Shown piece after piece: positions 38,304 to 45,032 of a DNA stretch of 45,032 nucleotides (positions are counted from its first letter, which is position 1; the number at the start of each line of letters is the position of its first letter). Both the position numbers and the translations under genes were made by a program. This stretch comes from Candidatus Jordarchaeia archaeon (lineage in GTDB: Archaea; Asgardarchaeota; Jordiarchaeia; Jordiarchaeales; Jordiarchaeaceae): assembly GCA_029856435.1 (NCBI GenBank), contig JAHQXB010000066.1:1-45032 (forward strand), read 5' to 3'. The notes beneath the pieces are model-generated. The model was not told where the DNA came from and did no database searches. It saw only the letters and a list, made by a program, of their open reading frames with translations.

Positions 38304-40427
38304 TTATTTTCCTTTTTCGAGTGTAATTTTTACATCTAGTGCGGAGCATCCTTTTTCATAGGCGAATAAAGGATTTATGTCCATTTCATTTATTATCTTG
38401 AAGTCTTGTGAGAGTTGTGAAACACGCAAAATCACATCTATTACTGAGTCTATATCAGAGGGTTTTTCACCACGCATACCCTTCAATAATCTATAAGCTT
38501 TAGTTTTGGACAGCATATCGAATGCTTCTTTCCTAGAAAAGGGAGATATCTTGAAAGAAACATCATCAAATAGGTTTACATAAATTCCACCAAGTCCTAC
38601 CCCAACCATCGGCCCCCAAGTCAAATCTCGGGTCATTCCTATAATTATTTCTTTTCCTTGGGGAACCATTTGCTGCACTAAAATTCCATAAACCTGTGAA
38701 CTTGGAAAGTATCTTAAGACGTTTGAGAGAATTGTATAGTAAGCATCAGATACCTCCTCCCTGTTTTCCAAGTTTATAATAACGCCGCCTATGTCTGTTT
38801 TGTGAATTATATGTGGGCTTGCCACCTTCATAACCACCGGGTATCCTATATTTTCAGCTATTTCTACGGCCTCATCCAAACTTCTGGCAAGTTTAACTTC
38901 GGGAGTAGGTATCCCATAAGCCCTCGCGACCGCAGCTGCCTCATCCCCTAGTAAAACCACTCTGTTATCTTTATAAACGTTTGTGAAAATCTCATTAACT
39001 TTTTTCTTATCCACCTGAAATACAGGTACCTCCTGATCTGGCTCTTTTTTCATAAATTCTGCAAATTTAACTAAACCTGCAATAGCTTTCACTCCCCGCT
39101 CCGGAAAGTCGAAGCAAGGAAGATTATTGCTCATCAAAGTTTTGGATGCCTCCCGAACACTTTCACCACCTATAAAAGAGGCTACCACCGCTTTTTCTCT
39201 GTGTCTTCTTGAAACTTCAACTATGGTCTCAGCAATTTTTTGGGGTCTAGTCATAGCTTGCGGAGTTAGTATAATCAAAACGTAGCCAACATTGGAATCT
39301 GATAAAACGGTTTCCAAAGCGAATCTATAGCGGTCTTCCTGAGCATCACCCAAAATATCCACCGGGTTATATATTGAAGCCTCCTTAGGAAGATTGGATC
39401 TGAGTTTTCCTATAGTTTCTGGCTCGAATCTAGCTAGCGTTAGACCTTCCTCCTCACATTTATCTGTGGCAATAATACCTGGCCCGCCGGCATTAGTTAT
39501 AATTGCCACCGCATTAATTTTAGGGACATTTTGAAGGGAAAACGTTATTCCATAATCAAAGAGTTCCTCTATATTGTGAGCTCTGAGTATCCCTATCTGG
39601 CTGAACGCAGTTGAATACGCTTTATCGCTACCCGCTAATGCACCCGTGTGAGACGAAGCAGCTCTTGCCCCCGCTGAACTAACTCCTGATTTTAGAACAA
39701 CAATGGGTTTTATACGCGAAGCCTTCTTAGCAACCTCAAAAAATCTCACGCCGTCTTCTACACCTTCAAGGTAGAGCAATATCACCTTTGTATGAGAATC
39801 GCTGGCTAATGCTTCAATAGTATCAGCCTCATTCAAGTCGCTTTTATTCCCCAAACTTATGAATTTACTGAAACCAATACCCTCCTCCAATGACCAGTCA
39901 AGGACACCTGTCAATATAGCACCGCTCTGAGAAGCAAAACCAATATTACCCTTAAGGGGCGACCTAGAGGCGAAAGAGGCATTAATAGGAGTGAATGTAT
40001 CAACAAAACCTAGACAATTGGGTCCCAATATGCGAAAATTATATCTTCTAGATTTTTCCACCAAGGCCCGCTCTAACTCAGCCCCTTTACGTCCAGATTC
40101 TTTAAATCCCGCGCTAATCACAACCATTCCTTTAACCTTTTTTTGGGCACATTCCTCCGCCACTTGGAGCACTAACTCAGCGGGCACGGTTACTATTGCT
40201 AAATCAACATTATCGTTAACATCCAGTATGCTTTTATACGCTTTATGACCCAGAATCTCATCCGCCGAGGGATTAACAGGATATACTTTTCCCGGGAAAT
40301 TGCTGGATACAATATTCTTAAAAACACTGTAACCAACCTTCCCCTCATGCCTTGAGGCACCAATCACGGCAACAGATGAGGGAGCGAAGAGGAAATCAAG
40401 CCCAGCCATTTCTGTCTTCCCATTCAT
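38304..40427 (-). CDS. acdAB: Acyl/acetate-CoA ligase (ADP-forming), fused alpha-beta chain
   Basis: GASRHEGKVG, LGPNCLG, SQSGA, SHTGALAG (phospho-His), NAGGPG, HKTDIGGV, EMDINPL. Confidence 0.92.
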   Translation of the reverse strand: MNGKTEMAGLDFLFAPSSVAVIGASRHEGKVGYSVFKNIVSSNFPGKVYPVNPSADEILGHKAYKSILDVNDNVDLAIVTVPAELVLQVAEECAQKKVKGMVVISAGFKESGRKGAELERALVEKSRRYNFRILGPNCLGFVDTFTPINASFASRSPLKGNIGFASQSGAILTGVLDWSLEEGIGFSKFISLGNKSDLNEADTIEALASDSHTKVILLYLEGVEDGVRFFEVAKKASRIKPIVVLKSGVSSAGARAASSHTGALAGSDKAYSTAFSQIGILRAHNIEELFDYGITFSLQNVPKINAVAIITNAGGPGIIATDKCEEEGLTLARFEPETIGKLRSNLPKEASIYNPVDILGDAQEDRYRFALETVLSDSNVGYVLIILTPQAMTRPQKIAETIVEVSRRHREKAVVASFIGGESVREASKTLMSNNLPCFDFPERGVKAIAGLVKFAEFMKKEPDQEVPVFQVDKKKVNEIFTNVYKDNRVVLLGDEAAAVARAYGIPTPEVKLARSLDEAVEIAENIGYPVVMKVASPHIIHKTDIGGVIINLENREEVSDAYYTILSNVLRYFPSSQVYGILVQQMVPQGKEIIIGMTRDLTWGPMVGVGLGGIYVNLFDDVSFKISPFSRKEAFDMLSKTKAYRLLKGMRGEKPSDIDSVIDVILRVSQLSQDFKIINEMDINPLFAYEKGCSALDVKITLEKGK

Positions 40428-40614
40428 TCATTTCCTAAACATAATTCTTCCCAAAATTTAAATTAACCGCACCTCTTCAGGAACATACCTCAAAAAGGGA
40501 GAAAAATGAAACCCATACTTGCGACGCTTAGTCGAAACTAATTTTATTCTTAAAAAGTTGTTTTTACGTCTAAAATTTTGGAAGTCCTTGACTCAGGGGG
40601 AATATCACTATTTT

Positions 40615-41355
40615 TTAAAACAATTTTGTGGGAAGGTCTCCTTTAATCACTTCTCCTCTGGAGCCATCTAGTAGTACTTGGTAGTTTTTGCCCTTGTAGT
40701 TATAGTTTATTATCCAGATTGGGGCGTGAAGGTAATAAGGTTTACCTGTTTTAAACTCTGTTTCTATTTCAATGAGTCTGTCCGCCTCCTGTTTTGCTAG
40801 AAACTCGTGGTCATGCCTTATTTGCTGTTTAGCTATCTCAATAACCTCGTCTTCTCCAATTTCGCTATTCAACACTTTAGCTCCTTCAGGAATTTTTCGA
40901 AAATCATAAGGCATTTTTCCCTCCAGAGGAATATCAAATTCACGGGTTGGAAACTCTGTCTTTCGTTGCGCGAATATTACCCAATTATAACGTTTATTTA
41001 TTGTGCCCTTTTTCTCTATACGGGGACCCATACGTTCAAATAGTCCCCTATAGGTAGAGGTCGCGGTTACCGGCACAACCCAAAATGGTAAAAAGTACAA
41101 CTGAACATCAGTGAACTTCGCCCGCCAAGATAAATCTCCAGGTGCTATAAAGCTGGCTTTCATCCAATTTTTGACAATGTTTACCGCCTTTTTACTATCA
41201 AAATTGCTAGGAAGCAGTGCATGTTCTAGTGTAAAAGGTTTACCCACATCTATAACAACCGTGTATCCACAATAAGGGCATGTAACAACAATTTCACCCG
41301 AAGAATATTTAAGCGGTCCACCACAGTGCCCGCATGATACCTTTTCTGTAGCCAT
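40615..41355 (-). CDS. Zinc-ribbon-containing hypothetical protein
   Basis: N-terminal CGHCGG...CPYCG; LYFLPFWV and APIWIINYNYKGKNYQVLLDGSRGEV segments. Confidence 0.8.
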   Translation of the reverse strand: MATEKVSCGHCGGPLKYSSGEIVVTCPYCGYTVVIDVGKPFTLEHALLPSNFDSKKAVNIVKNWMKASFIAPGDLSWRAKFTDVQLYFLPFWVVPVTATSTYRGLFERMGPRIEKKGTINKRYNWVIFAQRKTEFPTREFDIPLEGKMPYDFRKIPEGAKVLNSEIGEDEVIEIAKQQIRHDHEFLAKQEADRLIEIETEFKTGKPYYLHAPIWIINYNYKGKNYQVLLDGSRGEVIKGDLPTKLF

Positions 41356-41587
41356 TTAAATCCTCCACATGCTAAAAAACCTAGCTAGATATTATATTAT
41401 TTCTAAATTAAGATATAATTTATGGTTTATGAAAGAGGAAACCTCACCGATTAATGTTTTGGGCATACTGTCTTCGGAGGAGGAGACAAACATAATAAAA
41501 AGGAAGTTCCTTAAAAAAGTCAGCCTACTTTGAAGCTTGCGATACCTTTGGTGGAGTAGGGGGTGAAAAGACTTTTTGGTTCCTTTT

Positions 41588-41690
41588 CACGAAAAACTTT
41601 TTCATATTTCTGTCTAAAGCGTTTAAGCGTATGAGCGTTTGCTATGAGGAACATTTTCATACTTTCTGGAATGCGAAGTGTATGTTAGCT
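41588..41690 (+). repeat. Degenerate tandem ~52-bp repeat, copy 3
   Basis: acgaaaaactttttcatatttctgtctaaagcgtttaagcgtatg followed by atgaggaacattttcatactttctggaatgcgaagtgtatg. Confidence 0.65.
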
Positions 41691-41756
41691 TGTTAAAAAA
41701 AGGCATATGCCCTTTTTTCAACGTCTTTTTTTATATAATTATCGTCTGTGAATTTG

Positions 41757-41863
41757 GGTGATGTAGAATTGTTCGGTTTCGCCTCAAAAAGGGGTGTTTA
41801 TAGGGCTTCTTTCACGATTTGGAGCATTATTAGGGAGATGGAACCGAATAAATCTGCATCACC
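41757..41863 (-). mobile_element. MITE family A, copy 3 (107 bp, best-preserved ends)
   Basis: TIR ggtgatgtaga / tctgcatcacc; exact 9-bp direct repeat gtgaatttg (41748-41756, 41864-41872); reverse complement aligns to copies 1 and 2. Confidence 0.9.
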
Positions 41864-42010
41864 GTGAATTTGAGCCTTTTTGTTTTGTAGCATTAACACG
41901 AAATCCTTTAATACTAATATTTCTCCTTATTATTAAGAAGAGACCTAAACACTTTTTCGTGAAGCCCCTAAATAAGGTTCATTTTTACCCAGCCTTGGGG
42001 GTGTAAAAAT

Positions 42011-43243
42011 TTGCATTGGTTCCGCAGGGCAAAAGATGATAAGTCAACAGTTATGGAGGAATTCGAACTTGCCTACAAAAATTTGGGTGAGCGGGCAAAA
42101 AATGTGCCTGAAGATAAACCAGCGGAGTTATCAAAAATTTTCAATTGTCCCATTAGTTTCTGCAAGGTTGCTTACCAACTGGAACTCGATGGTGTCATGA
42201 AAGCTGAGAAGGCGCTAGAGCTCATTTTGTGGGAATATGATAGAAGAAGACAGATAGGAAGCCCCGTGGTGCCCGTACTCTCCTACGAGTTTGATTTTGC
42301 GGTTCAGGAGGGGAGATGGATAGAGTACCTCTATGGGGATCTGTTTAGGAAAGTACAAAACACTAGGGAGCTTTACAATCTGGAAAAAATTATTGAGGGG
42401 GAGCAAAGTGTTCCTGTCGAAAAGGCGATGCACATTCTGCATGAGAGAATCAAGCTGGCTGACAGCTACATTGTTCCAGTTATAAACAAGTGGAAAAAAA
42501 CCCATGAGTCCTCAACTAATAACGATGCCGCCATCACTTTCTGCGCGGCGGTTCTTAAATCCACTCACTCAGAGGCCGTTCTTGCTCTACAACAGGCAAA
42601 AAGAAGATTGATAAGAGTACTCAGGAAATTCTCAGAAGCTTTTGAACACTCATCAGACAAAAGCCTTTTTGAGGCTGATACTAAAGTTGGTCAATTGTCT
42701 GAAGGTAGCACCACTCCCTTAGATAAAGTTTATGAACTAATAGACGATTTAGAAAAATCTTTGCAAGCAATGTCTATACATGCCATAGCTCAGATAATCT
42801 TGGAAGTGACCCCTAAACCTATTGCCTTGGAACCAACAGTCGGAGTTTCAGATTACCTAATTGTAACCCCACCAATAATGCGCAACGGAATGGTGGGGCC
42901 GGACCTTAAGGAGCCCTGCGATTTTCTTGAAAGAGATCTCGTCTTTGCCAAGAGGAGAGTAATAGCAGTCAGAGATAACTTTTTGCTGGAGAGGGTAAGA
43001 AAAGTGCACAAAGCCTTGTTAAGTAAGGGTCAGGGAATAGAAGAGAGCGGTGCTTGGATAATATACAAAATATCCCAAGATTTCAACCTCCCCCCCATAA
43101 CAACCCAAGAAGCCCTACAATACTTGAAGAAAAACTTGGAGGGCAAAGAGGGTGATTCCTCAGAATTGGTGGAAAAAATAGTCACAGACTATCTTTGGGA
43201 GCGAATAGTTTTACCTATAAAAATAGAGGAGAAGGAATCCTAA
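42011..43243 (+). CDS. Hypothetical helical protein (410 aa)
   Basis: Long ORF with normal codon pattern; no motif recognised; TTG start uncertain. Confidence 0.75.
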   Translation: MHWFRRAKDDKSTVMEEFELAYKNLGERAKNVPEDKPAELSKIFNCPISFCKVAYQLELDGVMKAEKALELILWEYDRRRQIGSPVVPVLSYEFDFAVQEGRWIEYLYGDLFRKVQNTRELYNLEKIIEGEQSVPVEKAMHILHERIKLADSYIVPVINKWKKTHESSTNNDAAITFCAAVLKSTHSEAVLALQQAKRRLIRVLRKFSEAFEHSSDKSLFEADTKVGQLSEGSTTPLDKVYELIDDLEKSLQAMSIHAIAQIILEVTPKPIALEPTVGVSDYLIVTPPIMRNGMVGPDLKEPCDFLERDLVFAKRRVIAVRDNFLLERVRKVHKALLSKGQGIEESGAWIIYKISQDFNLPPITTQEALQYLKKNLEGKEGDSSELVEKIVTDYLWERIVLPIKIEEKES

Positions 43244-44011
43244 TTGGAAGAGCGGGTACTATTCTGGCTCATGGACGCACAGATCCCCGGATTAAACTTC
43301 GAATTTGGGAAAGCCGACTTTAACGGCAACATCCTGATAACTTCAAGACAGCTTTGGTCACTAATAAGGGGTTCTATAGTAAGGTCTTGCCTTATAGGTC
43401 CAGGAATTGTTCTAGGTAAAGCAGAAGTTTTAGGAAAACCCGTATTTGTAGAGGAGCGAATAGGGATTCTCATATTTGACCCCACCGAAATGAGACTAGA
43501 TGATCCAACCCCCCTGGTTAACATAATTAGTCCAGAGGTTTTTGATCCTCTAGAATCTTCAACCATCAAAGAAATAGAGAAAATAATTGAAACTATATCC
43601 ACCCAAAAAGGTAAAGTACTCATTCCTGAAGAATTAGCTAGAATTAAACACCGCGCCGCCCTTCCCATCACTATGGGACGCGAATCAACTCTTGTTAAAG
43701 CCCAAGTACGCCTAGTTTCAGGCTTAGATAGAGCACGTTTTGTCCTAGGAGGAAAACACCGAACCATTTATGGACCTCTCGCAAAGGGACTAAAAGAAGG
43801 CAAATACGGCGAGTCTGCACTCACAAAAATCCTAAAGGCGGACACCAAAAAACTTGAGAGATTCACAAAGAACAACGTAGAAAGTGACTGGAACATAATT
43901 GAACAATACCCAAAAATCACATCAAAAAATGACGCTTATGACCAATTCTTAAAGGAATACCAAAAAGTGCTCGACATGATACACAAAAATGAGAAATACT
44001 TCATATATTAA
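43244..44011 (+). CDS. Hypothetical protein (255 aa), translationally coupled to the previous gene
   Basis: TTG immediately follows the upstream TAA; GGAGAAGGA SD-like run just upstream. Confidence 0.75.
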   Translation: MEERVLFWLMDAQIPGLNFEFGKADFNGNILITSRQLWSLIRGSIVRSCLIGPGIVLGKAEVLGKPVFVEERIGILIFDPTEMRLDDPTPLVNIISPEVFDPLESSTIKEIEKIIETISTQKGKVLIPEELARIKHRAALPITMGRESTLVKAQVRLVSGLDRARFVLGGKHRTIYGPLAKGLKEGKYGESALTKILKADTKKLERFTKNNVESDWNIIEQYPKITSKNDAYDQFLKEYQKVLDMIHKNEKYFIY

Positions 44012-44207
44012 CCTCCCCAAAAAGGATAATAACATGTTTTTAGACAGCCAAAAGCTTATTTCACCTTCAAATACGGCCAGAAACCCTGCCCTTATCTCAA
44101 TATCACAAGAAGATCCCCTCCACAAATGTGGGAATGCATTGCGATAAATATTTTTAGGCATCCTCCCAAAAACAATTAATCAAAACAAAATCATTGAGGA
44201 ATATTGA

Positions 44208-44867
44208 ATGAGGGTGGTAGTACATCCCTCCGCATTGTCAAAAATCATTGATTTTACAGGAATAGACCTAAGAAAAGAATCCGCTGGATTCCTTATAGGA
44301 AAAATTGTTGGAGATAAACTGGTAATAACAGATAGCACCATGACAAAACATGCAAGCACAGCAGCATACGTTGTTGTTGACGATACAGAAATGGCCGAAG
44401 TAGCAGAAGAATTAGACGCGAGGGGAGAAGGCGAAACGATAATCGGATGGTGGCATAGTCACCCCGGAATGGGGGCAGGATTCATGTCCGCAACAGACCT
44501 AGCCACCCAACAAAAGTATCAGAAAATGTTTCCCCAAGCACTAGCCCTCGTAATAGACCCCACTAAATTTTTAAAAACCGGAAAAATTGAAGATTTAGAT
44601 TACAAACTATACACAATAAACTCCAAAGGTTACAAACCAGTAGAAACAGAAATTGCACAAAACAGCGACGAAATCCTGATAACAACCTTCAAATCCATAA
44701 AAAACCTAAGAAAAGACCTTCAAAGAATAATCCAAAAAAGCGAGAAAAACATAACTGCAGAAACTACTCAAAAAATCAGAAACACCACAGAAGCCCACAT
44801 AATAATACTAACCCTCTGGACAATAACACTAGTAATAACACTCACCCTAATTTACCTAAGCCTATAA
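44208..44867 (+). CDS. JAB1/MPN+ (JAMM) metalloisopeptidase with C-terminal coiled coil and TM anchor
   Basis: KESAGFLIG (catalytic Glu), GWWHSHPGMGAGFMSATD (HxH...S..D), ALVIDP; terminal IIILTLWTITLVITLTLIYLSL. Confidence 0.9.
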   Translation: MRVVVHPSALSKIIDFTGIDLRKESAGFLIGKIVGDKLVITDSTMTKHASTAAYVVVDDTEMAEVAEELDARGEGETIIGWWHSHPGMGAGFMSATDLATQQKYQKMFPQALALVIDPTKFLKTGKIEDLDYKLYTINSKGYKPVETEIAQNSDEILITTFKSIKNLRKDLQRIIQKSEKNITAETTQKIRNTTEAHIIILTLWTITLVITLTLIYLSL

Positions 44868-45032
44868 AAACAAGATCCACAATGAAGCACTCTGCATCAG
44901 CAAAAAATTTGAAATTTTCAAACACAAAACAATACTCCAACCATTCTGACCCAGCATTAACCTAAGTAACTTTTGGTCTTCCCCCTCAAGTTTCATGGGT
45001 GCTTTCTCCCGGCGATGGATTCGCAAAATCTC

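Noticed and set aside
517-43767. Numerous antisense or overlapping ORFs in the track (e.g. 1302-1844, 11209-11520, 34001-34396, 43240-43767)
   Set aside because: Shadow frames of well-supported genes on the other strand or frame, with Ser/Ile/Phe-rich mirror composition.
1-45032. tRNA, rRNA, prophage, integrase
   Set aside because: No T-loop/anticodon-arm pattern, rRNA-like tract or phage/integrase gene recognised by eye; tRNAscan-SE/Infernal would be needed to exclude small RNAs.

Overview
This is an archaeal window, very probably from an Asgard archaeon, judged by the longin/uDENN-like + wHTH protein, the longin-fused Arf-like GTPase and a tail-anchored JAMM protease. Housekeeping content: hsp20 plus two group II chaperonin (thermosome) subunits, carAB, pyrE, a GlcD-like oxidoreductase, a type IIA Ca2+ P-type ATPase, HtpX, a Sec11-type signal peptidase, LarA, two tandem site-2 proteases, Ard1/RimI and a second GNAT, a radical SAM enzyme, Rpo6, DUF169, a creatininase-family protein, and a fused ADP-forming acyl-CoA synthetase with a Pta-N/DRTGG partner. 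Best candidates for undescribed biology: (1) a three-gene operon of longin-wHTH / longin-ArfGTPase / amphipathic-helix coiled-coil protein; (2) a tail-anchored catalytic JAMM/MPN+ protein behind two coupled unknown genes; (3) an EF-hand-bearing HtpX convergent with a Ca2+ pump; (4) a multi-TM protein with a HeH/Rho-N-like motif. Non-coding structure read from the sequence: a ~105-bp MITE family (3 copies, GGTGATG-type ends, 9-bp target duplications), a 153-bp hairpin-ended MITE with a 10-bp duplication inside a dead DDE transposase, a 32-bp promoter shared by both chaperone loci, a dispersed 50-60-bp tandem repeat family, and a four-lesion PD-(D/E)XK nuclease pseudogene. No tRNA, rRNA or CRISPR array was recognised. 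All family calls come from recalled motifs; no database search was run.
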